Of a DNA stretch of 64,000 nt, positions 50,155-61,190 are shown in pieces; position 1 is the first letter of the stretch, and each line of letters opens with the position of its first letter. The translations under genes and the position numbers were made by a program. Source of the stretch: an uncultured Aliarcobacter sp. (GTDB lineage Bacteria > Campylobacterota > Campylobacteria > Campylobacterales > Arcobacteraceae); assembly GCA_963677435.1 (NCBI GenBank), contig OY781945.1, positions 480,001-544,000 on the forward strand, in the 5' to 3' direction. The notes under the pieces were generated by a model that saw only the letters and a program-made list of their open reading frames with translations, was not told the DNA's origin and did no database searches.

Positions 50155-51426
50155 ATGTTATTAAAAAACAAAAAAATATTAGTAGGCATTTGTGGCTCAA
50201 TTGCTATTTATAAAGCTTTAGAACTTATAAGACTTTATATAAAAGCTGGTGCACAAGTTAGAGTTATTATGACAGAAGGTGCAAAAAAGTTTATAAATCC
50301 AATCACTTTTGAAGCAATTTCTCAAAACAAAGTTTTAGATGAATCAAGTGAAAATTGGGATAAAAGCCAAGATTATAATCATATAGATATTGGAAAATGG
50401 TCAGATATTTTTGTAATCGCGCCTGCTAGTGCAAACACAATAAATGCTCTAGCAAACGGTTTAGGAAATAATCTACTTTTGCAAACAGCTTTAGCATATC
50501 CACGAATGAAACTAATTGCACCAGCAGCTAATACAAATATGTTAAAAAATCCAATCACACAATCAAGTCTTAAAATGCTAAAACTTTGTAATTATGAGAT
50601 TGTCTCATCAGTTACAAAAGAGTTAGTTTGTAAAGATGTTGGTGATGGGGCAATGGCTGAACCAGCTGATATTTTTGATGTAACCTGTAAAGAGTTACTT
50701 AAAAATGATTATTGGATAAATAGAAAAGTTGTTTTAAGTGGTGGTGGAACAATTGAAAAAATAGATGAAGTTAGATACATCTCAAATTTTTCATCTGGAA
50801 AAATGGCTTCAAATTTGGCTAAGGCTTTATATTATAAAGGTGCAGATGTTTGTTTAGTAAGCACAAGAGGTTATGAAAACTTACCAAAAGATATTCACAT
50901 TATAAAAGTTGAAAGCTCAAATGAAATGTATGAATATTTAGTTGATTCTCTTAGAGTTGCTAAAAAAGGAGTTCTTACAAAACCCACTTTAATGGATAAT
51001 TCAACTCCAACTTTAATTATGAAAAAACCATTTTTATTTATGGTAGCAGCTGTAAGTGATTATCTTCCAGCTTTTCCACAAGATGGAAAATTAAAAAAAG
51101 AGTTACTTGGATCACATTGGAATTTAGAGTTAAAACAAAATATGGATATTCTAAAATCTTTAGAAAAAGATGGGATTATAACTATTGGTTTTAAAGCAGA
51201 AATGGATGAAACAACAGCCTTAAACAGTGCCACAAGAATGTTAGAAAATAAAAATCTTGATGGAGTTTGTTTGAATATTTTAAATGAAGAGAATAGTTTT
51301 GGAAGTGACAATAATAATATAGAATTAATATTTAAAGATAACTCTTATGAGTTTAAAGGTTCAAAATTGGATATTTCATTAAATATTTTAGAAAAATTAG
51401 AAGAAGAGTTTAATAGTTATGAGTGA
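50155..51426 (+). CDS. coaBC: Phosphopantothenoylcysteine decarboxylase/ligase
   Basis: GSIAIYK, APASANT, EKIDEVRYISNFSSGKM, AAVSDY, GFKAE. Confidence 0.95.
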   Translation: MLLKNKKILVGICGSIAIYKALELIRLYIKAGAQVRVIMTEGAKKFINPITFEAISQNKVLDESSENWDKSQDYNHIDIGKWSDIFVIAPASANTINALANGLGNNLLLQTALAYPRMKLIAPAANTNMLKNPITQSSLKMLKLCNYEIVSSVTKELVCKDVGDGAMAEPADIFDVTCKELLKNDYWINRKVVLSGGGTIEKIDEVRYISNFSSGKMASNLAKALYYKGADVCLVSTRGYENLPKDIHIIKVESSNEMYEYLVDSLRVAKKGVLTKPTLMDNSTPTLIMKKPFLFMVAAVSDYLPAFPQDGKLKKELLGSHWNLELKQNMDILKSLEKDGIITIGFKAEMDETTALNSATRMLENKNLDGVCLNILNEENSFGSDNNNIELIFKDNSYEFKGSKLDISLNILEKLEEEFNSYE

Positions 51427-52105
51427 TTTAAAAATGCCTAAACATATTGCTATTATTATGGATGGAAATGGCAGATGGGCAACTGATCGAGGATTAAAAA
51501 GAACCGCAGGCCATGAAGAAGGGGCAAAAACTGTACGAGAAATTACTTCATATTGTTCAATAATTGGAATCAAATATCTAACTTTATATGCTTTTTCTAC
51601 TGAAAATTGGGAAAGACCAAAATTAGAAGTTGAATTTTTAATGAAATTACTTGAGCGATATTTGAAAAAAGAGTTAGAAATTTATTTGAAAAATAATATT
51701 AAATTTAAAGCAATTGGAGATTTAAGTAGATTCTCAAAATCCCTACAAAAAACTATATTTGACACAGAAGCTAAAACTTCAAATTGTACTGGATTAACTC
51801 AAGTTCTAGCTTTAAATTATGGTTCAAAAAATGAAATAATAAGAGCTATTAAAAAACTAAATGAGAAAAATCTTGAAGTAAATGAAGAGAATTTAGAATC
51901 TTGTCTTGATACAGCAGGAATGGGTGATGTGGATATTTTAATTCGAACAAGTGGAGAAGTAAGACTTTCAAATTATCTATTATGGCAAAATGCCTATGCT
52001 GAAATGTTTTTTACTCAAACATATTGGCCAGATTTCTCAAAAGCTGAACTTGATGATATTTTAAGTGATTTCTCAAAAAGAGAGAGACGCTTTGGAGCTA
52101 TTTAG
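51419..52105 (+). CDS. uppS: Undecaprenyl diphosphate synthase
   Basis: HIAIIMDGNGRWA, AFSTENW, RTSGEVRLSNYLLWQ, RRFG. Confidence 0.97.
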   Translation: MSDLKMPKHIAIIMDGNGRWATDRGLKRTAGHEEGAKTVREITSYCSIIGIKYLTLYAFSTENWERPKLEVEFLMKLLERYLKKELEIYLKNNIKFKAIGDLSRFSKSLQKTIFDTEAKTSNCTGLTQVLALNYGSKNEIIRAIKKLNEKNLEVNEENLESCLDTAGMGDVDILIRTSGEVRLSNYLLWQNAYAEMFFTQTYWPDFSKAELDDILSDFSKRERRFGAI

Positions 52106-52862
52106 TTTTATTTTTGGTGCTTGTATTGGTTCATTTTTAAATGTACTAATATTAAGATTACCGATAAATGAATCTTTAATAACAGCCCGAAGTCATTGCC
52201 CAAAGTGTAATCATTTGATTTATTGGCATCATAATATTCCACTTGTTTCATATTTATTTTTGAGAGGAAAATGTTCTTATTGTAAGGCTAAAATATCTTT
52301 TCAGTATTTTTTTGTTGAGTTAATAAGTGGAATTTTGACTTTAGCTTTATTTATGAAACTAGGAATTAGTGAAGAATTCCTTTTTATGAGTTTATTGTCT
52401 TATATTTTAATAACTCTATGTTTTATTGATTTGAAATATAAAGCAGTTCCTGATTATCTACTTTTAATAGTTTTTGTCCTGTCATTTTTTGCCACAAATT
52501 TTTCTATAATTGAAGCTTTTAAAAATGCTTTTTTATTTGCTGGTGCTTTAGTTTTATTAAATTTTTTAATTACTTTTTATATACAAAATATAAAATCAAA
52601 AATTTTAAAAGATGAAAGTTTAAAAACTCAAGAAGCCTTAGGGGAGGGAGATATTCCAATAATCGCAATGATAGGAATTATCCTTGGAATAAATAGTGGT
52701 TTAATTGCTATATTTTTAGCGGCTTTTTTTGCTATAATTCCTGCAATCTATTCACATTTTGTAAAAAAAGATATTCAAACTCCATTTATTCCCTATTTAG
52801 TTTTAGGATTTTTTAGTGAATATTTTTTTGACTTAGAAACAATTATAAAGGTCTTTTATTGA
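52092..52862 (+). CDS. pilD: A24 prepilin peptidase
   Basis: GSFLNV..RLP, SHCPKC, CSYC, ID...VPD, GEGD, PFIPYL. Start set at TTG 52092. Confidence 0.85.
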   Translation: MELFSFIFGACIGSFLNVLILRLPINESLITARSHCPKCNHLIYWHHNIPLVSYLFLRGKCSYCKAKISFQYFFVELISGILTLALFMKLGISEEFLFMSLLSYILITLCFIDLKYKAVPDYLLLIVFVLSFFATNFSIIEAFKNAFLFAGALVLLNFLITFYIQNIKSKILKDESLKTQEALGEGDIPIIAMIGIILGINSGLIAIFLAAFFAIIPAIYSHFVKKDIQTPFIPYLVLGFFSEYFFDLETIIKVFY

Positions 52863-53875
52863 AATTAAAACAGTATCTATTTTCCCAATTAGCAATCACA
52901 TTTTTTCCTATATTTTTAGGATTGTTTTTTATAACTTCAGTTGTGTTTTTAGTAAAAATTGCATCATTAACTTCTGTTATCACTCTTGATTTTTTAGAGT
53001 TATTCACTCTTTTCTCTTATGTTATTCCACAAATTATATTTTATACTATGCCTATTTCATTTTTTTTATCATTGGTTATTACTTTGGCAAAATTAGCAGG
53101 AGAATATGAATTAACGGTAATTACTTCATTTGGTTTAAATCCTGTAAATATTTTAAAAATTTTTGCACCAATTACCCTTCTTTTGACAGCTATGTTACTT
53201 GTAATTTCTGTTGGTTTAATTCCAAAAACAAAGTTTTTAACAAAACAATTTTTAGATAAAAAGAAAAAAGAGGCAAACTTTAATATAAAAGCTAGTGAAT
53301 TTGGACAAAAATTCGGTGATTGGTTAATTTATATAAATGCAAAAGATGATAAAGTTTATGATGATGTTAAGCTTTTTAAAACAGATGATAAAAATGATCA
53401 ATTTATTGTTAGCAAAACAGCTATTTTGGATAATGATAAAGGTTCTTTGAGTTTTAAATTAAATGATGGAAAAGCTTTTATTGTAGATTCTAAGGAGTTT
53501 AATCAAATAGATTTTAAATCTATGTATATAAATGATTCTATTGCAGATAGTAAATTAGGAATTTTTACTGATACCTATGCTTATTGGAAAGATAATCTTA
53601 TCCGACATGAAAATGTTGATGATTTAACATTTTTTATATTAACTTCTTTCTTCCCTTTATTATCACTGTTTTTAGTGATTACTTTTGGGTATTTCAATCC
53701 TCGATATGAAAAAAATAGAGCAGTATTCTATTCTTTAATTTCTGTAGTTTTATATTATGTTTTAATCAAAACAGTTGGAGATAAGGTTTTGTTACATGCA
53801 ATATATATTATTCCTGTTGTTTGGGTTAGTGGAACATATATTTTATATTCACAAACTATAAAAAAAGAGTATTAA
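52859..53875 (+). CDS. lptF: LPS export permease (LptF/LptG family)
   Basis: 3 TM helices, periplasmic domain, 3 TM helices; YELTVITSFGL motif; conserved context. Confidence 0.8.
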   Translation: MKLKQYLFSQLAITFFPIFLGLFFITSVVFLVKIASLTSVITLDFLELFTLFSYVIPQIIFYTMPISFFLSLVITLAKLAGEYELTVITSFGLNPVNILKIFAPITLLLTAMLLVISVGLIPKTKFLTKQFLDKKKKEANFNIKASEFGQKFGDWLIYINAKDDKVYDDVKLFKTDDKNDQFIVSKTAILDNDKGSLSFKLNDGKAFIVDSKEFNQIDFKSMYINDSIADSKLGIFTDTYAYWKDNLIRHENVDDLTFFILTSFFPLLSLFLVITFGYFNPRYEKNRAVFYSLISVVLYYVLIKTVGDKVLLHAIYIIPVVWVSGTYILYSQTIKKEY

Positions 53876-53883
53876 AATTTAAA

Positions 53884-54606
53884 ATGAATTTAAAATTTGT
53901 AATCTCTTATGATGGTAGTTGTTATCAAGGAAGTCAAAAACAGCCAAATGGTTTGACTATTGAGGATAAACTTCTCTTTGCATTTAAAAAAATAAACATA
54001 AAAACAAGTATTGTTTTAAGTGGAAGAACTGATAAAGAAGTTCATGCAACAGGGCAAGTTTTTAATTGTATTGTCCCTGATTTTTGGAGTGATTTTTTTA
54101 AATTAAAAGAAGTTCTAAATAGAAATCTACCAACTTCTATTAAAATACTAAAAGTCTCAAAAGTTAAAGATGATTTTCACTCAAGATTTCATGCAAAAAA
54201 AAGAGATTATAGGTATATAATTACTTCTAAACCTACGACTCCTTTTAATGATAAATTTATTACTTATGTTCCTTCTGTAGATGAAAAGTTATTAAAAATT
54301 GCAATAAAAGAGTTTATTGGTGTTTATGATTTTAAATATTTTCATAAAACAGGAAGTGATAAAGATATAACTGTAAGAGAGATTTATAATACAAATTTTT
54401 ATAAATATAAAGATATTTATGTTTTTAAATTTACCGCAAATTCATATTTAAGATCTCAGATTAGATTAATGGTTGGTTTTTTATTGGCAATTAATGATAA
54501 AAAATTAACCATAGAAGATTTAAAAAAACAGTTAAGATTAGAAAAAAATATTTTTAAAACACCAGTAAAGGCAAATGGCTTATATTTAGCAAAAATAAAA
54601 TATTAA
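53884..54606 (+). CDS. truA: tRNA pseudouridine 38-40 synthase
   Basis: YDGS, SGRTDKEVHA, FHSRF, YLRSQIRLMVG, GLYL. Confidence 0.95.
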   Translation: MNLKFVISYDGSCYQGSQKQPNGLTIEDKLLFAFKKINIKTSIVLSGRTDKEVHATGQVFNCIVPDFWSDFFKLKEVLNRNLPTSIKILKVSKVKDDFHSRFHAKKRDYRYIITSKPTTPFNDKFITYVPSVDEKLLKIAIKEFIGVYDFKYFHKTGSDKDITVREIYNTNFYKYKDIYVFKFTANSYLRSQIRLMVGFLLAINDKKLTIEDLKKQLRLEKNIFKTPVKANGLYLAKIKY

Positions 54607-54615
54607 AGGTTTAAA

Positions 54616-57141
54616 ATGTTTTTCAAAAAGAAGAAATTCTACACACTTTTAGATATCAAAAATCGAATAGTATTTACTCCTTTAATATTTATCTTTTTAT
54701 TATCAATTATCTCTTTTTTAATTATCTTTTTCTTTTTAGAATATGAAAAACGAAATAAAATGGATATCTTAGTACAAAATGAGAATTACTATAAAAACAA
54801 CATTTTAAAAACTTACATCTCTAGCATAAAATATAATACAAGTACAAGTTTTGATGATATTGAAAATGATTTAGGCAATTATATTTATGAAATAATTGGT
54901 TATATAAAAGCTAAAGAGATACATAAAAAGGAGTTCAGTATTGAGCTTTTAAAACCATTCCTACATGAAATAGAATCAAAACAAAATATAAATTTTTTGA
55001 TATTTGATAATATTAATTATAAGGTTTTATATGGTGGGGAAATACTTGATAAATTAATTGAACTTACTAATTCAGAGAGTAAAACAGATAAATTTAAAAA
55101 TCATATGTTAAGAAATATTGAATATATAGGTGATAATAATCTTATGTACAATATTGATAATCAAAAAAGTAATATTCAACTAAGTTATATAAAAAGTATT
55201 GATTTTTTAAATTTATTTATTGGTGCATATTCAAAAATTGATGATATGAAAGTTTTAACAAAAAAAGCAATTTTTGACTCAATTGTTGCAAAAAGTAAAG
55301 CTCTGGGTAATTCATATTTCTATTTTTATGATGTAAATGAGGGAAAAGTTTTTAATTATAATATGGATGGAAAATTAGATAATCTTAAAGATATAGTTAA
55401 TTTTGCAGAAGAGAGTTCAAAAGATTTAGTCTATACTTTCTCAAAATATCAGTTTAAAATTTATATAAAAACTAAACTATCAACTAAAGAGATAAAAAAA
55501 ATTAATGATGAATATCAAACTAAATTAGTTGCATTTTACCTATTAGTTGTATTTATAGCTTTGTTATTAATTACATCTGCAAATTTCTTTGCAAGATTTA
55601 TAAATACTATTTTTAATAGATATGATAAAAGATTACAAAAAAGAAATTTTTTATTTAAAAAATGGAAAGAGAGATATGAGTTAGCAATTATTGCTTCAAA
55701 TGATGGTTTGTGGGATATGGATTTAAAAACTAAGAAGATTTTTTTCTCAAATAAATGGCTTGGTATGTTTGGTTATGAAAGAAATGATATCCAAAATTTT
55801 GATGAGTGGTTAGCTTTAGTTCATAAAGATGATAAAGAAAAAGTTATGCAAGAGTATGAAAATCATATTAATAAAAAAAGTGAGCACTTTATTTGTGAAT
55901 ATAGATTAAAAGATAAGAATAATAACTATAAATGGATATTAGTTCGAGGAAAAGAGTTTAACTCAAATAGGATGCTAATGATGTCAATGAATATTGATGA
56001 GAGAGTTAAATTAACAAAAGAATTAAAAGATGTCCAAGTTTTAACGGAATTTGGTAGAACAGTTATTTTTAGATGGCAAAATGATGAAAACTTAAGTGTT
56101 AATTTTGTATCTAAAAGTATAAGTACTTATGGATATGAAGTAAGTGATTTTGAAAATAAAAGCAATTTCTTTGATTTTGTATTTAAAGATGATATTAAAC
56201 AATTAAAAGATGTAATAAAAGAGGCGATTGATGCTGGTTCAAACTCTTTTATTTGTGTTTATAGAGTTATCGATAAAAATAAAGATATAAAATGGGTTTA
56301 TAATAGAGCAATCTTAATAAGGGATGATTATTCAAATGTAATTGGTTTTTATGGGTATTTAAATGATATAACAAAACTTAAAATGAATGAAGAAGAGTTA
56401 AAATTAAAAATTGAAGAAGAAGTTGAGAAAAATTTAGAAAAAGATAGATTGTTAGTTCAACAGAATAAAATGGCTTCAATGGGAGAAATGTTAGGAAACA
56501 TAGCTCATCAATGGAGACAACCTTTAAATAATATAAATTTACTGATTTATTATATTAGAGATTCTTATGGATTGATTTCACAAGAAGAGTTAAATGATAC
56601 AATTAAAAATGCAAAACTACAAATAGATTTTATGTCGCAAACTATTGATGATTTTAGAAATTTCTATAAACCATCAAAAGAAAAAAAGTTCTTTAATGTA
56701 AAAGATTCAATTATTCAAAGTTCAAAAATAATTAAATCTTCATTAGAAAGAAACTCTATAAAACTTAAAATACAAGCAGAAGATTTAAAAATTAATAGTT
56801 ATGAAAATGAGTTTGAGCAAGTAATTGTAAATATATTAAATAATGCAATTGATGCGAAACTATTAAAAGATAAAGTTAGTAAATTTAACGCTGTAATTGA
56901 AATAAAAATCTATAAAAAAGATGAAACTATTTATATTTCTATATTTAATAACTGTGGAAATATAGATGAACAAATAATTGAAAGAATATTTGAGCCATAT
57001 TTTACAACAAAGTTTGAAAATCAAGGCACAGGAATTGGATTATATATGACAAAAGTAATTATAGAAAAAAACATGAATGGAAGAATCGAAGCAATTAATA
57101 AAAATGATGGCGTGGAGTTTTTAATAAAATTGGATGCTTAG
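54616..57141 (+). CDS. Sensor histidine kinase (2 TM, periplasmic domain, 2 PAS)
   Basis: DGLWD PAS, IAHQWRQPL H-box, NILNNAIDA N-box, FEPYFTTK, GTGIGLY. Confidence 0.93.
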   Translation: MFFKKKKFYTLLDIKNRIVFTPLIFIFLLSIISFLIIFFFLEYEKRNKMDILVQNENYYKNNILKTYISSIKYNTSTSFDDIENDLGNYIYEIIGYIKAKEIHKKEFSIELLKPFLHEIESKQNINFLIFDNINYKVLYGGEILDKLIELTNSESKTDKFKNHMLRNIEYIGDNNLMYNIDNQKSNIQLSYIKSIDFLNLFIGAYSKIDDMKVLTKKAIFDSIVAKSKALGNSYFYFYDVNEGKVFNYNMDGKLDNLKDIVNFAEESSKDLVYTFSKYQFKIYIKTKLSTKEIKKINDEYQTKLVAFYLLVVFIALLLITSANFFARFINTIFNRYDKRLQKRNFLFKKWKERYELAIIASNDGLWDMDLKTKKIFFSNKWLGMFGYERNDIQNFDEWLALVHKDDKEKVMQEYENHINKKSEHFICEYRLKDKNNNYKWILVRGKEFNSNRMLMMSMNIDERVKLTKELKDVQVLTEFGRTVIFRWQNDENLSVNFVSKSISTYGYEVSDFENKSNFFDFVFKDDIKQLKDVIKEAIDAGSNSFICVYRVIDKNKDIKWVYNRAILIRDDYSNVIGFYGYLNDITKLKMNEEELKLKIEEEVEKNLEKDRLLVQQNKMASMGEMLGNIAHQWRQPLNNINLLIYYIRDSYGLISQEELNDTIKNAKLQIDFMSQTIDDFRNFYKPSKEKKFFNVKDSIIQSSKIIKSSLERNSIKLKIQAEDLKINSYENEFEQVIVNILNNAIDAKLLKDKVSKFNAVIEIKIYKKDETIYISIFNNCGNIDEQIIERIFEPYFTTKFENQGTGIGLYMTKVIIEKNMNGRIEAINKNDGVEFLIKLDA

Positions 57142-57171
57142 ATTAATTTTAGATATAATCTAATAATCTAC

Positions 57172-57906
57172 ATGAAAAGAGAAAATATGCAGAATTTTAA
57201 AACAAGAGTTTTGTTAGTTGAAGATGAAGAACTTGCAAGAAAAACTTTAGCTTTTTATTTAAATACTATTTTTGATGAAGTAACAGTAGCTTGTGATGGG
57301 GAAGAAGCTCTTTTAATTATAAAAGAAAATTATCAGAAGAATAAAAACTTTGATTTAGTATTAACTGACCTTAATATGCCAAATGTAAATGGTATGCAAA
57401 TGATTGATGAAGTTTTGAAATTTGTTCCAAATCAAAGGTTTATAATCGTAAGTGCCCACAAGAATGAAGAGGATTTATTAAAACTTATTAATCTAAGAAT
57501 TTGTGGATATTTTGTTAAACCACTGAATATTGATAATATGATGGAGATGTTAAAAAAAGCAAAAGAAGAAGTTATCTTAGATAAACAAACAAAAATCGAA
57601 ACAAAAAATCTAATTACTTTAAATAATAGTTATACTTTTGACTTAGTAAATAATAAGCTGTATCATAATAATTTAATTGTAAAACTTTCAAAAAAAGAAG
57701 CAGAAATTTTAGATGTTCTTATTAAAAACATTGGAGTTCTAATTTCACTTGAAAGATTTAAAGAAGAAGTTTGGAATAACATTAATATAAATGATTCATC
57801 ATTTAGAACGGTAATGAAAAGATTAAAAGATAAGATTAAAGATGATGATTTTATTATATCTCATAAAGGCTATGGCTATATAATTGAGAAAGTTTTAATT
57901 AAATAA
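57172..57906 (+). CDS. OmpR-family response regulator
   Basis: LVEDE, TDLNMP, SA, KP receiver; LSKKE...RLKDK...GYGY wHTH. ATG 57187 is an alternative start. Confidence 0.92.
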   Translation: MKRENMQNFKTRVLLVEDEELARKTLAFYLNTIFDEVTVACDGEEALLIIKENYQKNKNFDLVLTDLNMPNVNGMQMIDEVLKFVPNQRFIIVSAHKNEEDLLKLINLRICGYFVKPLNIDNMMEMLKKAKEEVILDKQTKIETKNLITLNNSYTFDLVNNKLYHNNLIVKLSKKEAEILDVLIKNIGVLISLERFKEEVWNNININDSSFRTVMKRLKDKIKDDDFIISHKGYGYIIEKVLIK

Positions 57907-57935
57907 ATATAAGAGGTCTCCCTCTTATATTTTTT
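57905..57935. terminator. Bidirectional terminator
   Basis: AAATATAAGAGG-tctc-CCTCTTATATTT plus T-run, between convergent genes. Confidence 0.85.
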
Positions 57936-60042
57936 ATGAAACTACTGCTTGAGTTTTTACTCTTGCTTTTTGAATAATATAAATTGCTACAATAACAGAA
58001 ATACCAATTACATATGAAATATAGTGACTTGGTAAATGTAAATATGCTTGCATTACTTTTGGTAAGAACATAAAAGGAACAACAGCTAGAAAAATCAATC
58101 TTTCTATTACAGGTGTTTTTGTAATAAAATATCCTTGTGTAAAACAAGAAAACGCCATCATCCCAATAAATGCAGTAGCAAATATTACAGCAATCTCAAC
58201 AGGATTTGTAATCCAAACCCAACCAGCAGGATTTGCAGGATTTAATGGATCTACTCCTGAAATTAATAATAACTCCGAGTTAAAGAAGAACATAAATGGT
58301 AAAATTGCTGTTCTGATATCATATTTAAATCCTTGAATTCCAACTTTTATTGGATCTGCTTTTGCAATTCCGGCAGCTGCATAGGCTGCTAGTCCAACAG
58401 GCGGAGTAACATCAGCTAAAATACCAAAGTAGAATACAAATAAGTGTGCTGCAATTGCAGGAATTAAGAATCCATTATCAGCTGCTAGTGTTAAAATAAC
58501 AGGTGCTGTTAATGAAGCCATTACAATATAATTTGCAGTTGTTGGTAACCCCATTCCTAAAATTAATGAAATAATAGCTGCAAGAATTAATATTGCAAAA
58601 ATATTTCCATTTGATAAAGTTTCTACAACTTCTAATAAAACTTGACCAAGACCTGTTAATGTAATAGAACCTACAATAATTCCAGCAATTGCTGTAGCAA
58701 CTGAAATTGGAACCATATTTTTAGCACCACTAATCATACCTGCTAAAATATCAACAAATCCACTTAGTAAAATATCTTTTGTAATTTTCTCTTTTGCTAA
58801 AAAAGCTCTAAAAGGATGTTGAACAACCATTAATAACATTAAAAGCATAATTGCATTAAATGCAGCACTTGCAGCACTTTCTCTTAATACCATAAGTGTA
58901 TATAATAAGAAGAAAATAGGGATTAAATAGTGGGCACCTTGCATAAATGTTTTTAATTTAGGAGGAATATCTTCTTTATTCATTCCTACAAGACCTAATT
59001 TAAGTGACTCTAAATGAACAATATAAAATAGACCAAAATATGAAACGAATGCCGGAATAAATGCACTAACAACAACATCTGTGTATGACATTCCTAAAAA
59101 TTCTGCAATAATAAATGCAGCAGCTCCCATAACAGGAGGCATTAGCTGTCCATTTGACGAAGCCGAAACTTCAACTGCAGCTGCTTGTTCTGGTCTAAAT
59201 CCAGTTCTTTTCATAAGTGGAATTGTAAATGTTCCAGTTGTAACTGTATTTGCAATAGATGAACCACTGATGATACCTGCAAATCCTGATGCAATTACAG
59301 ATGCTTTTGCAGAACCACCTCTATATTTTCCAAGTAGTGAAAATGCTAAATTAATGAAATATTCACCAGCTCCTGCTTTATCTAATAAAGAACCAAAAAG
59401 TACGAATAAAAATACAAATCCAGCTGAAACCCCAAGAGGAACACCAAAAATTCCTTCTGTTGTTAAAAACATATGACCTGCAAGTTTATTTAAACTAGCA
59501 CCCTTATGAATAATCAATTCAGGCATATAAGGACCTAAAAAGTCATATGCTAAAAATATAATAGCAATAAAACTTAATACAAAACCTAAAACTCTTCTTC
59601 CTGCTTCAAGTAAAATTATAACTCCTATAACTGCAATTACAATATCCGTAGTTGTATAGTCTCCTGGTCTAAATGAGATTTCTGTGTAGAATACTGCAAG
59701 ATAAGAAGCAGTTGCTAATCCAATTGCCGCAAATGTATATCCAAACCATCTAATTTTTTTTAAGAAATAAGGTTTTCTCATCATTGGATAAATTAAAAAT
59801 GCTAGAACAATACCAAATGATAAGTGAATAGATCTAGAAATTGTTGAATTTGTAGGCTCAATTACAATATATAATTGAAATAATGACCAAAAAAGTGCAA
59901 TTATTGATATTAACCAAAATTCATAGTGTTGAGAACCAAAAACTCTTTGTCCTTCAAGCTCATTAATAACAGCTTCAGTTTCGTGCATTTGTTCAACTTC
60001 GAGTTGGGAAATTTTATGAGGTTTCTCTTCATAAATTGCCAT
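57934..60042 (-). CDS. TRAP transporter fused (4TM/12TM) permease
   Basis: EGIFGVPL, SGSSIAN, PPVMGAAAF, GMGLPTTANY, DVTPPV. Start moved to MAIYEE, which has an AAGGA RBS. Confidence 0.93.
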   Translation of the reverse strand: MAIYEEKPHKISQLEVEQMHETEAVINELEGQRVFGSQHYEFWLISIIALFWSLFQLYIVIEPTNSTISRSIHLSFGIVLAFLIYPMMRKPYFLKKIRWFGYTFAAIGLATASYLAVFYTEISFRPGDYTTTDIVIAVIGVIILLEAGRRVLGFVLSFIAIIFLAYDFLGPYMPELIIHKGASLNKLAGHMFLTTEGIFGVPLGVSAGFVFLFVLFGSLLDKAGAGEYFINLAFSLLGKYRGGSAKASVIASGFAGIISGSSIANTVTTGTFTIPLMKRTGFRPEQAAAVEVSASSNGQLMPPVMGAAAFIIAEFLGMSYTDVVVSAFIPAFVSYFGLFYIVHLESLKLGLVGMNKEDIPPKLKTFMQGAHYLIPIFFLLYTLMVLRESAASAAFNAIMLLMLLMVVQHPFRAFLAKEKITKDILLSGFVDILAGMISGAKNMVPISVATAIAGIIVGSITLTGLGQVLLEVVETLSNGNIFAILILAAIISLILGMGLPTTANYIVMASLTAPVILTLAADNGFLIPAIAAHLFVFYFGILADVTPPVGLAAYAAAGIAKADPIKVGIQGFKYDIRTAILPFMFFFNSELLLISGVDPLNPANPAGWVWITNPVEIAVIFATAFIGMMAFSCFTQGYFITKTPVIERLIFLAVVPFMFLPKVMQAYLHLPSHYISYVIGISVIVAIYIIQKARVKTQAVVS

Positions 60043-60076
60043 AGTAAATCCTTTAATAATAGGTGAAATTTTGTTC

Positions 60077-60150
60077 TCATACTTCATTTAAACAGATTTT
60101 AAATGAAGTATGAAAATAGGAGGTATCTAAGGATTGAAAATCCTTAGATA
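60077..60150. repeat. Two tandem perfect hairpins between TAXI binding protein and permease
   Basis: TCATACTTCATTTAAA-cagat-TTTAAATGAAGTATGA (60077-60113) and TATCTAAGGATT-gaa-AATCCTTAGATA (60124-60150). Confidence 0.85.
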
Positions 60151-60156
60151 GAAGTA

Positions 60157-61128
60157 TTATAATAATCCTGCTTCTTGGAAATATTTTTTTGCACCTTCAT
60201 GTAAAGGAGCAGATAATCCATCAAGTAGAGATTTTTTTGTAATTTGACTGTATGCTGGATGTAATTTTTTAAATTCATCAAAGTTTTCTAAAATTGCTTT
60301 AACAACAGTGTAAACTGCATCTTCACTTACATCGTCACTTGTTACAAGAACAGCCTTTACTCCAAAAGTAGGAATATCAGCATCATTTCCTTTGTAAATC
60401 CCACCAGGAACATTTGCTTTTGCAAAATATGGATATTTTTTAATTAAAGTATCAACATTAGAACCTTCAATTGGTGTTATTTTTACATCAACTGAGTTTG
60501 CAGCATCTTGGATATTTGCAGTTGGATGTCCTACCATATAGAAGTATCCATCAATTTTATTATCTCTTAATGCATCTGGCATTTCAGAAGCTTTTAGTGC
60601 ACCTGCAAATTTTAAATCTTCTTTTTTAATTCCACTTTCGTCAAATAGAGTTAAAGCTGTTGCTTCATTTCCACTTCCAGGATTTCCAAGATTGATTCTT
60701 TTTCCTTTTATATCAATTAATTTATTGATATTTGCATCTTTTCTAGTAACTAAAGTTAATAGTTCTGGATAAATTGCCATTACAGATTTTAATTTAGGAA
60801 TAGCTGCATCTTTAAATGCTCCCTCTCCTTTGCTTGCTTGATATACAATATCAGATTGAACGATACCAAAATCTAACTCACCATTTTTGATAGTATTTAC
60901 ATTATAAACACTTCCTCCAGTTGATTCAACTGAACATCTGATTTTAGTCTCTTTTTTATATTGATTAACTAATCTACAAATTGCTCCACCAGTTGGATAA
61001 TAAGTTCCAGTAACCCCACCAGTTCCTATTGTAATAAATTCAGCAGCAAATGCTGGAACAGATAACATACCTATTAATGCAGCAGTTGCAATTTTTTTAC
61101 CCATAGGGATTTCATTAGATTTGATCAT
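60157..61128 (-). CDS. TAXI-family TRAP solute-binding protein
   Basis: Signal peptide; IGTGGVTGTYYPTGG, STGGSVYN, QSD, GNPGSG, PLHEGA. Confidence 0.94.
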   Translation of the reverse strand: MIKSNEIPMGKKIATAALIGMLSVPAFAAEFITIGTGGVTGTYYPTGGAICRLVNQYKKETKIRCSVESTGGSVYNVNTIKNGELDFGIVQSDIVYQASKGEGAFKDAAIPKLKSVMAIYPELLTLVTRKDANINKLIDIKGKRINLGNPGSGNEATALTLFDESGIKKEDLKFAGALKASEMPDALRDNKIDGYFYMVGHPTANIQDAANSVDVKITPIEGSNVDTLIKKYPYFAKANVPGGIYKGNDADIPTFGVKAVLVTSDDVSEDAVYTVVKAILENFDEFKKLHPAYSQITKKSLLDGLSAPLHEGAKKYFQEAGLL

Positions 61129-61181
61129 TTTTTCTCCTTAGTTTTAGTTATGTAAAAATCTCTGATTTAAACTATCAAGTT

Positions 61182-61190
61182 ATTATATCA
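61182..61190 (-). promoter_or_regulatory. Extended -10 promoter element of the TRAP operon
   Basis: TGATATAAT, exact TGnTATAAT match on the - strand. Confidence 0.6.

Noticed and set aside
52092..52862. pilD as a sign of a pilus or T2SS island
   Set aside because: It is part of the conserved glmU-coaBC-uppS-pilD-lptF-truA block, with no pilus genes nearby.
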